Origin: Gammaproteobacteria bacterium
Lineage (GTDB): Bacteria > Gemmatimonadota > Gemmatimonadetes > Longimicrobiales > Gaopeijiaceae
Assembly: GCA_028819075.1 (NCBI GenBank)
Contig: JAPPMM010000065.1
Location: forward strand, 83,067-147,066
DNA length: 64,000 nt
Direction of reading: 5' to 3'
In this document: positions 1 through 7,965 of the stretch, piece by piece
Layout of the letters: every line of letters begins with the position of its first letter
How positions within the stretch are numbered: the stretch's first letter is position 1
The notes under the pieces: generated by a model
Databases searched by the model: none
What the model was told of the DNA's origin: nothing
What the model saw: only the letters and a program-made list of their open reading frames with translations
Position numbers and translations under genes: made by a program

Positions 1-481
1 AAACCAGCCCGGACCCGATGTTGGGAATGAACATCGGAACGAAGAAGGGGCTGATCCGGCGCGGCCCGAACTTCACCAGCTTGCGGACCTGGCTCTCATA
101 GGTGTCGACGCCGCCGATCCCGCTGCCGATGATCACGCCGAAACGTTGGGGGGAGACACCGGGCGGGCAGCCATCCAGCCCCGCGGAAGCCATGGCCTCC
201 GCGGCGGCCACCACGGCAAACTGCGCGAAGCGGTCGTAGCGCCGGATCTCCCGCTTGTTCAGGTGCCCGGAGGGATCGAAATCCCTGACCTCGCACGCAA
301 TCCGGGTGGCAAAGCGGTCGTCGGCGTCGAAATGGGTGATCGGGCCGCCGCCGTTCGTGCCGGCCAGCAGGGCCGCCCAGGAAGACGGGACGTCGCTGCC
401 GAGCGGAGTGATCATCCCGATCCCGGTAACGACAACCCGCCGGCTTGCCCCGGCGGTACCATTCTCCGAAGGGCCGCTCAT
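1..481 (-). CDS. fabF: beta-ketoacyl-ACP synthase II, N-terminal part (gene runs off the left edge of the window)
   Basis: Minus-strand ATG at 479-481 reads MSGPSENGTAGASRRVVVTGIGMITPLG... and stays open to position 1 (...RISPFFVPMFIPNIGSGLV), a KAS-II-like N-terminus. It lies directly downstream of acpP as in the canonical fab cluster. It is absent from the ORF track because no stop lies in the window. Confidence 0.8.
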   Translation of the reverse strand, partial: MSGPSENGTAGASRRVVVTGIGMITPLGSDVPSSWAALLAGTNGGGPITHFDADDRFATRIACEVRDFDPSGHLNKREIRRYDRFAQFAVVAAAEAMASAGLDGCPPGVSPQRFGVIIGSGIGGVDTYESQVRKLVKFGPRRISPFFVPMFIPNIGSGLV

Positions 482-521
482 GTGTGCTCGCGCCGTGCGG
501 CGCCTCTCCCGCGCAGAGGGG

Positions 522-764
522 TCAGGATGCGGTGGCCTTGCGAATGTAGCCGATCGCGTCGCCCACGGTGCGCATCTGCTCGGCATCGGAGTCGGGAATG
601 TCGATTCCGAACTCCTCTTCAAAGGCCATCACCAGCTCCACGGTGTCGAGCGAATCGGCTCCGAGATCCTCCATGAACGAAGCCTCGGCCGTGACCTGGT
701 CCTCCTCGACGCCGAGTTCCGTGACGATGATGTCCTTTACCCGGCCTTCGATGCTGTCCGCCAT
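522..764 (-). CDS. acpP: acyl carrier protein
   Basis: 80-aa ORF with the phosphopantetheine attachment motif [12 protein letters not shown]. Sits between fabG and fabF. Confidence 0.95.
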   Translation of the reverse strand: MADSIEGRVKDIIVTELGVEEDQVTAEASFMEDLGADSLDTVELVMAFEEEFGIDIPDSDAEQMRTVGDAIGYIRKATAS

Positions 765-818
765 CTGCCTGTTCCTCCTTGTGTTGCGGTTTTCCGCCGC
801 TGGTGAGTGATCATCGGG

Positions 819-1559
819 CTACATCGCCATGCCGCCGTCCACGGCCAGGACCTGACCGGTAACGTATCCGGCTTCCGGTCCGGCGAGAAACCGCGCAACG
901 TCGGCGACGTCGGAGGGCTCTCCCAGCCGGCCCATCGGGATGCGCGACCCGAGCTCCCCGGTGGTGCGTTCGTCCAGCCCGGCGGTCATGTCCGTCGCAA
1001 TGTAGCCGGGAGCGATCGCGTTGCAGCGCACTCCTCGCCTGGCAAACTCCCGGGCGACGCTCTTGGTGAGCCCCACGAGCCCCGCCTTGGAGGCGCCATA
1101 GTTGGTCTGACCGGCATTGCCCATCAGGCCGATCACGGAGCTGATGTTGACGATGGAGCCGGATCGGCGCTTCATCATGCCCCTGCACGCGGCGCGCGTC
1201 ATGTTGAAGGCGCCCGTGAGGTTGACCCTGATCACCGCATTCCAGTCGTCGTCCTTCATGCGCACGAGAAGACTGTCCCGGGTGATCCCCGCGTTGTTGA
1301 TCAGAATCGTCACGATGCCCTGCGCCCTGGTCACCGCAGCGACCGTGGCGCGGCACTGCCCGGGATCTCCGACATCGCAGAAATAGCCGGCGTGACCGTC
1401 GCCCTCGAGTCGAGCGGCGGCGGCGACGGCCCCTTCCTCGTCGATGTCCACGATGGCTACCCGGGCCCCGTCCTGCGCCAGAACCTGCGATATCGCAAAC
1501 CCTATGCCCCGTGATCCGCCGGTCACCAGGGCGATCTGTCCGGCCAGCGCGCCGCTCAT
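819..1559 (-). CDS. fabG: 3-oxoacyl-ACP reductase
   Basis: SDR motifs TGGSRGIG (NAD(P) binding) and YGASKAG (catalytic Y-x3-K). Start set at the internal ATG 1557-1559 (MSGALAGQIALVTGG...), giving 246 aa. The 418-aa tracked ORF is an upstream read-through over fabD. Confidence 0.9.
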   Translation of the reverse strand: MSGALAGQIALVTGGSRGIGFAISQVLAQDGARVAIVDIDEEGAVAAAARLEGDGHAGYFCDVGDPGQCRATVAAVTRAQGIVTILINNAGITRDSLLVRMKDDDWNAVIRVNLTGAFNMTRAACRGMMKRRSGSIVNISSVIGLMGNAGQTNYGASKAGLVGLTKSVAREFARRGVRCNAIAPGYIATDMTAGLDERTTGELGSRIPMGRLGEPSDVADVARFLAGPEAGYVTGQVLAVDGGMAM

Positions 1560-2506
1560 GGGGTGCTCCCGGCCGCGACGGGATCGGGGAACAGCTTTCG
1601 GACGCCGTTTGAGGTGCCCACGGAGACGGCCTTGATGCCCCTGGCGTTGCGCCGGCTCAATCCGCACAGCACCGACCCGGGGCCGATTTCGACGAATCGC
1701 TCCACACCGCTTTCGACCATGGACCTGACCGATTGGGACCACAATACCGGAGAAGTGAGCTGCCGGACCAGCAGCCGACGCGCGAGGCCGGGATCCTGGA
1801 CGGCCCCGGCGGTCACGTTCGAAAAGACCGGAAACTCGGGCGGTCCGAAAGATAGGCTGCGAAAACACTTCCGCAAACCCTTCTCCGCCACGGCCATCAG
1901 AGGCGAATGAAAGGCGCCGGACACGGCCAGCCGCACGGCCCGCCTGGCACCGGCTTCCCTGGCGCGCGCCAGGACCCGGTCGATCGCGTCCGCGTCGCCG
2001 CTGACCACGATCTGCGTGGGGGCGTTGAAGTTGGCCGGAACACATACCAGCCCCTTCCCGGAGACGGCCCGGCACACTTCGCGCACTTCGGGTTCTCCCA
2101 GGCCCAGGATGGCCGCCATGGACCCCGGGCGGGCGCGCCCCGCTTCACGCATGAGCTCGCCCCGGCGCCGGACCGCGTACACGGCATCGTCGAATCGGAG
2201 CGTGCCCGCGGCCGCGTGGGCGGAGATTTCGCCCAGGGAGTGCCCGGCGGCGCAGGCGATGGGTCCCAGTCGCGGCTTGAGCACCGCGAGCGCGGCGAGG
2301 GAATGGACCAGGATCGCGGGCTGTGCGTTGTGCGTCTGCACCAACTGGTCCTCCGGTCCTTCCCAGGCGAGGCGTGAAAGGGAGAACCCGAGGATGTCGT
2401 CCGCGCGCTCGAAGGCCCGCGCAGCCTCCGGATAGGCGGCTGCCAGGTCGCGTCCCATCCCGGGAAACTGCGATCCCTGTCCGGGGAAGAGGAGAGCCAG
2501 AGACAC
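1556..2506 (-). CDS. fabD: malonyl-CoA:ACP transacylase
   Basis: LLFPGQGSQFPGMG N-terminus and GHSLGE active-site serine motif. Its stop overlaps the fabG ATG. Start is uncertain: GTG at 2504-2506 (VSLALLFPGQG, 316 aa) is preferred over the ORF-track start at 2560, which would overlap fabH by 28 nt. Confidence 0.85.
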   Translation of the reverse strand: MSLALLFPGQGSQFPGMGRDLAAAYPEAARAFERADDILGFSLSRLAWEGPEDQLVQTHNAQPAILVHSLAALAVLKPRLGPIACAAGHSLGEISAHAAAGTLRFDDAVYAVRRRGELMREAGRARPGSMAAILGLGEPEVREVCRAVSGKGLVCVPANFNAPTQIVVSGDADAIDRVLARAREAGARRAVRLAVSGAFHSPLMAVAEKGLRKCFRSLSFGPPEFPVFSNVTAGAVQDPGLARRLLVRQLTSPVLWSQSVRSMVESGVERFVEIGPGSVLCGLSRRNARGIKAVSVGTSNGVRKLFPDPVAAGSTP

Positions 2507-2532
2507 CTGACGACGATCGACGGTGGAGGCCG

Positions 2533-3519
2533 CTACACGCGGAGGGCCGTGGCGCCCCACGTGAGGCCCGCGCCGAAGGCAACCAGCAGGACGTTGGATC
2601 CGGGTCCGATGCGGCCCTGCTCCAGCGCTTCGTCGAGCGCGACCGGGACCGTCGCCGAGCTGATGTTCCCGTAGCGGTGGACGTTGACGTACACCTTCGC
2701 CATGGGAACGCGCGCGTAGCGGGCGGTCGCCTCGATGATGCGGATGTTGGCCTGGTGGGGGATGAGGAGGTCGACTTCGTCCGCCGTCCAGCCGGCCTGC
2801 CTGATCGCGAGACGGGAGGACCTGGACATGGCCCGCACCGCGTTCTTGAACACCTCCCGGCCTTCCATGAGCAGCAGGTGGGACCGGTCCGCGAGCACGG
2901 AATCGTCAAAGGGCCGGAGGGCGCCTCCGCCCGGCCTCTGAAGCAGGTCCGCGAGCTTTCCGTCGGACCGGATGTCGTTGGCGAGGATCCCCCGGTCGCC
3001 GGTCGCGCGGCGGATCACGCTGGCGCCCGCCCCGTCCCCGAACAGCACCGCGGTGGACCGGTCTTCCCAGTCCATGATCGACGTCATCTTCTCGGTGGAC
3101 ACCACCAGGACCACCTCGCCCATGCCGCTCGCGATGTAGCCCTCGGCCAGGGCCAGGATGTAGAGGTATCCGGTGCAGGCCGCGGAGATGTCCATCGCCG
3201 CCGCCTTGTTCGCGCCCAGCCGGGCCTGGATGTCGCACGCGGTGGAGGGCAGCAGCCTGTCCGGCGTCGCGGTGGAAACCAGCAGCAGGTCCACGTCCCC
3301 GGCGCCCACCCCGGCCCGCTCGAGAGCCTGCTCCGCCGCGGCGACGCCCATGTCGCACACGGAGGTGCACGAGCTCGCGACGCGGCGCTCTTGGATGCCG
3401 GTGCGCTCCACGATCCACTGCTCGGTCGTGTCCACCATGCGCGTCCAGTCCTCGTTGGTGAGGACGCGATCCGGGAGGAACCGTCCGGTGCTGGCGACTT
3501 CGCTGATGGGTCGGGTCAT
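2533..3519 (-). CDS. fabH: 3-oxoacyl-ACP synthase III
   Basis: MTRPISEVASTGRFLPDRVLTNEDW... with active-site cysteine context DISAACTGYLY and C-terminal GAGLTWGA. Start at ATG 3517-3519 (328 aa), overlapping the plsX stop by 4 nt. Confidence 0.9.
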   Translation of the reverse strand: MTRPISEVASTGRFLPDRVLTNEDWTRMVDTTEQWIVERTGIQERRVASSCTSVCDMGVAAAEQALERAGVGAGDVDLLLVSTATPDRLLPSTACDIQARLGANKAAAMDISAACTGYLYILALAEGYIASGMGEVVLVVSTEKMTSIMDWEDRSTAVLFGDGAGASVIRRATGDRGILANDIRSDGKLADLLQRPGGGALRPFDDSVLADRSHLLLMEGREVFKNAVRAMSRSSRLAIRQAGWTADEVDLLIPHQANIRIIEATARYARVPMAKVYVNVHRYGNISSATVPVALDEALEQGRIGPGSNVLLVAFGAGLTWGATALRV

Positions 3520-4505
3520 GGAATGCGGGCCGCGGTTTCGGCCAGGTAGCGGGCGATATGCCCGATCATGGAAGTCCTTACGGCCTTGGCCGCCACGCCG
3601 ATGGCCTTGCCGATGGCCTTGGGCGGCGATCTGCCGTGGCAGATGACGGACACGCCGTTCACTCCCAGGAGCGGAGCGCCCCCGTATTCGGCGTAGTCGA
3701 GGATCTCGATGGTGGAGCGGTCCAGCGGCGTGCGAATGCGCTCCTGCTCGCGGTCCATCACCCGGATCACGAAGCCTGCCACAGACTCGTAGAACTTGAG
3801 CAGCACGTTGCCGGCGAATCCGTCGGTAACCAGTACGTCGCAACGGCCGTGGATGATGTCGCGGCCTTCGACATTGCCGACGAAGTTGAGCCCGCTCTGG
3901 CTGAGCAGGCGGTACGCCTCCACCGTGCGTTCGTTCCCCTTCTCGGGCTCGGAACCGATGTTCAGCAGCCCGATGCGGGGCTCGGGTCTCCCCATCAGGT
4001 CCTGTGCGTAGACGTGGCCGAGAAACGCAAACTGCAGGAGGTGCGGGGGCCGGCAGTCCACGTTGGCTCCGGCGTCCAGCATCAGCATGTGGGCCCGGCT
4101 GGTGGTGGGCATGAGGGTCCCGACGGCGGGCCGGTCCACTCCCGGCAGCCGCTTGAGCAGGAACACCGATGCCGCCATTACCGCTCCCGTGGGTCCGGCG
4201 CTCACGAAGGCGTCCACCTGGCCTCTGCGATGCAGCCCGACTCCGGTAACGAGGGACGAGCCGGGCTTGCGCCGCACGACGGCCGCGGGGGACTCGTTGG
4301 GGGAGACCCGCTCCGCGGCATGGACGATCTCCAGCCGGCCGCCCTCGGAGGCGCCATGCCGGTCCAGTTGCGCCGCGATCCTCGCGCGGTCTCCCACCAG
4401 GACGATGGTCACATCGCCGGCTTCGTGCGAAAGGGCGTGCAGCGCGCCGGCGATTTCGGTCGCGGGGGCGCCGTCGCTGCCCATGGCGTCGAGCGCGATT
4501 CTCAT
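3516..4505 (-). CDS. plsX: phosphate acyltransferase PlsX
   Basis: MRIALDAMGSDGAP... N-terminus typical of PlsX, 329 aa from ATG 4503-4505. The longer tracked ORF reads through rpmF and yceD and is rejected. Confidence 0.9.
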   Translation of the reverse strand: MRIALDAMGSDGAPATEIAGALHALSHEAGDVTIVLVGDRARIAAQLDRHGASEGGRLEIVHAAERVSPNESPAAVVRRKPGSSLVTGVGLHRRGQVDAFVSAGPTGAVMAASVFLLKRLPGVDRPAVGTLMPTTSRAHMLMLDAGANVDCRPPHLLQFAFLGHVYAQDLMGRPEPRIGLLNIGSEPEKGNERTVEAYRLLSQSGLNFVGNVEGRDIIHGRCDVLVTDGFAGNVLLKFYESVAGFVIRVMDREQERIRTPLDRSTIEILDYAEYGGAPLLGVNGVSVICHGRSPPKAIGKAIGVAAKAVRTSMIGHIARYLAETAARIP

Positions 4506-4530
4506 CGTGGACCGGTCGCCGCCGGCGTCG

Positions 4531-4713
4531 TCAGTCCAGCTCGACTTCGATGACCGGACGATTCCGGTAGTAGCCGCAGGTGGGACACACACGGTGCGGG
4601 ACCTGCGGATCGTCGCAACGCGGGCAGTTCCACACCGCGACGGGTTGGGCTCGCTGGTGCGTGCGGCGCTTGCGCTGCCGCTGCTTGGATATACGACGCT
4701 TCGGTACGGCCAT
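4531..4713 (-). CDS. rpmF: 50S ribosomal protein L32
   Basis: 60 aa, MAVPKRRISKQRQRKRR... with a CxxC...CxxC zinc ribbon (CPRC / CPTC). Canonical position between yceD and plsX. Confidence 0.95.
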   Translation of the reverse strand: MAVPKRRISKQRQRKRRTHQRAQPVAVWNCPRCDDPQVPHRVCPTCGYYRNRPVIEVELD

Positions 4714-4725
4714 GGCTTCTTCGTT

Positions 4726-5238
4726 CTAGTGATTCGTGAGAGCCCGCAGCTTCTCCCATCGGGCATCGACATCCGCCGACGAGCAATCGCACCGGGCCGT
4801 GTTTCGGTTTGAGCCGCACGCCGGACACAGGCCGCGACAGTCGGGCCGGCATTCCGCGTACAGGGGTGCCGCCAGCGCGAACTCCTCCCGCAGCGGACCG
4901 GCGATGTCGAGTTCGGCCAGGTGTGCGGGGAAGGTGTGCACCTCCCCGTCATCCTGGCATTCGCATTCGTCGTCGGGGATGAAAACGAACCGGATCGGCA
5001 GCGCAAACGCCTTCGCGACGGGTTCCAGACAGCGCCGGCACACCTGCGCCAGGGTGGTCGACATCCTTCCCTGGACCATCACCTGGCCCGCGGCCATGGA
5101 CCTCGCCGTCAGAGTCACGCTGACGGGTTCGGACAGCTCCGGACCCCGTCCCCCGAGGACGAAATCGGCGGCCGGGCACGCCGCTCGCAACTGGAGCGTA
5201 CCCGTGCGTTCGAGCGCGTTCAAGTTCAAGTGCAGCAT
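4726..5238 (-). CDS. yceD: DUF177/YceD-family protein (large-subunit ribosomal accumulation protein-like)
   Basis: 170 aa with the Cys-rich C-terminal signature CRPDCRGLCPACGSNRN...CDC typical of YceD. Conserved position upstream of rpmF. Confidence 0.8.
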   Translation of the reverse strand: MLHLNLNALERTGTLQLRAACPAADFVLGGRGPELSEPVSVTLTARSMAAGQVMVQGRMSTTLAQVCRRCLEPVAKAFALPIRFVFIPDDECECQDDGEVHTFPAHLAELDIAGPLREEFALAAPLYAECRPDCRGLCPACGSNRNTARCDCSSADVDARWEKLRALTNH

Positions 5239-5331
5239 AGCATAAAAAGCTAGCGTAGCGCACGGTCCCGCGTCAACGCGCCCCGATGCCCGGCAGCCCC
5301 TGCACTACCTTTCGCCGGCACTCGCGCGGTT

Positions 5332-5757
5332 TCAGCCACGGAGGGCAAGCCGCTCGTGGCGAGAAAAGAAGAAGTCGATTTCGAGCGCGGCGTTGGCGTC
5401 CGAATCGGAGCCGTGGACGGCGTTGCGCTCCTTCGACTCCGCGTAGCGCGCGCGGACGGTTCCGGGAGCGGCTTCGGCGGGGTCCGTGGCTCCGATGGTC
5501 TCGCGAAACCGGGCCACGGCGTCTTCGGCTTCGAGCACCAGGGGCACGATGGGTCCGGAGGTCATGAAGGCCACCAGGGAGTCGAAGAAGGGCCGCTCCC
5601 GATGCACCGCGTAGAAGGCCGCGGCCTGAGTCCGGGAGAGCTGCGTCATGCGCAGGCAGCGAATGCGGAAACCCGCCCCTTCCAGATGAGCGAGGATGGC
5701 CCCCGTCTTTCCCGAAGCGACCGCGTCGGGCTTGATGATCGCGAGTGTCAGGCTCAT
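5332..5757 (-). CDS. ndk: nucleoside-diphosphate kinase
   Basis: 141 aa, [10 protein letters not shown]-terminus and active-site NAVHGSDS. The ATG overlaps the sucD stop. Confidence 0.95.
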   Translation of the reverse strand: MSLTLAIIKPDAVASGKTGAILAHLEGAGFRIRCLRMTQLSRTQAAAFYAVHRERPFFDSLVAFMTSGPIVPLVLEAEDAVARFRETIGATDPAEAAPGTVRARYAESKERNAVHGSDSDANAALEIDFFFSRHERLALRG

Positions 5758-6638
5758 CGCAGGGCTTCCCGGGTGAGGTGTACGATGTCGATGGGCCGCC
5801 GCGCGACGCCGATCCCGTTCTCGCGGAAGGCCCTGATCTTCTCTTCCGCGGTTCCGGAGGAGCCACTGATGATGGCCCCCGCGTGTCCCATGCGGCGGCC
5901 CGGAGGGGCCGTCTGACCCGCAATGAAGCCCACGACCGGCAAGTCGAGGCTGTGGCCGGCGTATTCGGCGGCCTCCTGCTCGTCCGTGCCCCCGATCTCG
6001 CCGATCATCACGACCGCCCTCGTCTCCCCGTCTTCGGCGAAGGCCTTCAGGCAGTCGATGAAGGTGGTGCCGATGATGGGGTCTCCCCCGATGCCGACGC
6101 AGGTGGTCTGACCGATGCCCGCTCCGGTGAGCTGCCCGACCGCCTCGTAGGTGAGCGTGCCCGAGCGCGACACGACGCCCACCGGACCGGTTGTCACGAT
6201 GTCGCCGGAGATGATGCCCACGGTGGCCTTGCCCGGCGAGATCACCCCGGGGCAGTTGGGTCCCAGCAGGCGGACGCCGTGGTCGGCGACGAAGGCGTAG
6301 GCGCGCGTCATGTCGAGCACCGGGACGCCCTCGGTGATGCAGACGATGAACTCGACGCCCGATTCCGCGGCCTCCATGATGGCGCTCGCGGCGAAGGGCG
6401 GCGGCACATAGATCGCGGAGGCGTTCGCCCCCGACGCCGCAACCGCCTCGTTCATCGTGTCGAAGACGGGCACGCGCGCGCCTCCGGGGCCTTCGACTAC
6501 GCGGCCGCCCTTGCCCGGCGTCACTCCCGCGACCACGCGGGTGCCGTATTCGATCATCCTGGCGGTGTGGAAGGATCCGTCGCGGCCGGTGATGCCCTGG
6601 ACCACCACGCGCGTGGATTCGTCAACGAAGATCGACAT
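5754..6638 (-). CDS. sucD: succinyl-CoA synthetase subunit alpha
   Basis: 294 aa with SRSGTLTYE and the phosphohistidine loop [10 protein letters not shown]. Confidence 0.95.
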   Translation of the reverse strand: MSIFVDESTRVVVQGITGRDGSFHTARMIEYGTRVVAGVTPGKGGRVVEGPGGARVPVFDTMNEAVAASGANASAIYVPPPFAASAIMEAAESGVEFIVCITEGVPVLDMTRAYAFVADHGVRLLGPNCPGVISPGKATVGIISGDIVTTGPVGVVSRSGTLTYEAVGQLTGAGIGQTTCVGIGGDPIIGTTFIDCLKAFAEDGETRAVVMIGEIGGTDEQEAAEYAGHSLDLPVVGFIAGQTAPPGRRMGHAGAIISGSSGTAEEKIRAFRENGIGVARRPIDIVHLTREALR

Positions 6639-6698
6639 GGGGCGGGACCGCGTGCTGTGGGAAGGAGTCGGGCGACGGCCGCTGCGGAATGAAGGGTG

Positions 6699-7832
6699 TC
6701 ACGCGGCGGCCCTCGCCACCGCCGCCCGCACGACGTCGTCCATCGAAGTGAAGGCGGAGAAGCCCTCGGCCGCGAGGATTTCCCTGGCCTCGGCTTCGTT
6801 GGTGCCCGTAAGGCGAATGAGGATGGGTGCGCGGATTTCGGCGCGCTTCGTGGCCTCGACGATCCCGCGCGCCACGTCGTCGCAACGCGTGATGCCGCCG
6901 AAGATGTTGAACAGGATCACCTGCACGTTCGGATCGGCCGTGATGATCTCGAGCGCGGCCACGACCTTGTCGGGGCTGGACGATCCGCCGATGTCGAGGA
7001 AGTTGGCCGGATCGCCTCCGTAGTACTTGACCAGGTCCATGGTGGCCATCGCCAGCCCGGCTCCGTTGACGCAGCACCCCACGTTGCCGTCGAGCTTGAC
7101 GAAGCTGAGGCCGGCTGCGCGCGCGTGCGTTTCCGCAGCGGGCTCGGCGTCCAGATCGCGCAGCGACTCGAGTGCCGACCGGCGGAAGAGTTCATTTGCG
7201 TCGATGGTGACCTTGGCGTCGATGGCCTTCACCTCTCCCGCCTCCGTCGCGATGAGCGGATTCACTTCGCAGAGGGATGCGCCGTTCTTCATGAAGACCT
7301 GGTAAAGCTGCGAAAGCACCGTCGCGCACTGGCGCGCCAGAGACGGTGCATCGAAGAGCGCGCTCCCCAGCCGGTACGCCTGATGCGGCAGAAGTCCGAA
7401 GCGCGGGTCGACTCGCAGCCTGGTGATGGCGGCGGGATTGGTGGCCGCGACTTCCTCGATGTCCACGCCCCCTTCCCGCGACACCATGAAGAGCGGCGCC
7501 TGCACGGCGCGGTCGACCAGGATGCCCACGTAGCGCTCGCTGGCGATGTTCTCGACAGGGACCAGCAGGACCTTGTGCACTGTGAGCCCCCGGATCGTCA
7601 TCCCCAGAATGGCGCGCGCGTGGGCCTCGGCTTCCTCCGGGGTGCCGGCCAGCTTGACGCCCCCCGCCTTGCCCCGGCCGCCGGAATGCACCTGGGCCTT
7701 GACTACCGCCGCGCCGCCCATGTCGGCGGCGATCGCCCCGGCCTCCCCGGGCGTGGTGGCGACACGGCCCCGCGGTACCGGCATGCCCGCGTCACGGAAG
7801 AGTTCCCTTGCCTGGAACTCGTGCAGGTTCAT
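6699..7832 (-). CDS. sucC: succinyl-CoA synthetase subunit beta
   Basis: 377 aa, MNLHEFQARELF N-terminus (ATP-grasp) and C-terminal ligase-CoA domain (NIFGGITRCD). Confidence 0.95.
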   Translation of the reverse strand: MNLHEFQARELFRDAGMPVPRGRVATTPGEAGAIAADMGGAAVVKAQVHSGGRGKAGGVKLAGTPEEAEAHARAILGMTIRGLTVHKVLLVPVENIASERYVGILVDRAVQAPLFMVSREGGVDIEEVAATNPAAITRLRVDPRFGLLPHQAYRLGSALFDAPSLARQCATVLSQLYQVFMKNGASLCEVNPLIATEAGEVKAIDAKVTIDANELFRRSALESLRDLDAEPAAETHARAAGLSFVKLDGNVGCCVNGAGLAMATMDLVKYYGGDPANFLDIGGSSSPDKVVAALEIITADPNVQVILFNIFGGITRCDDVARGIVEATKRAEIRAPILIRLTGTNEAEAREILAAEGFSAFTSMDDVVRAAVARAAA

Positions 7833-7965
7833 TCGGTCTGCTCCGCGAGGAAGAAGGAAGTCGGCGCGGCGCTGTGGCCGTGGAGGACGCTGCGGGAGAG
7901 TCGCCGGAAGAGGCGACCGGCCAAGTTACCCGGTCATCCGCTCACGATCAAGAATCCGGCGCGGC

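Noticed and set aside
3516-5006. N-terminally extended versions of tracked ORFs. Examples are plsX 496 aa, fabG 418 aa, fabH 436 aa, nuoN 958 aa, nuoD 538 aa, nuoB 452 aa, clpB 958 aa, lysA 613 aa, guaA 592 aa and the 727-aa ORF at 43981-46164.
   Set aside because: The extensions overlap the preceding well-supported gene and have junk-like composition. Family-typical N-termini begin at internal ATG/GTG codons, often with an SD or a 4-nt overlap to the upstream stop.
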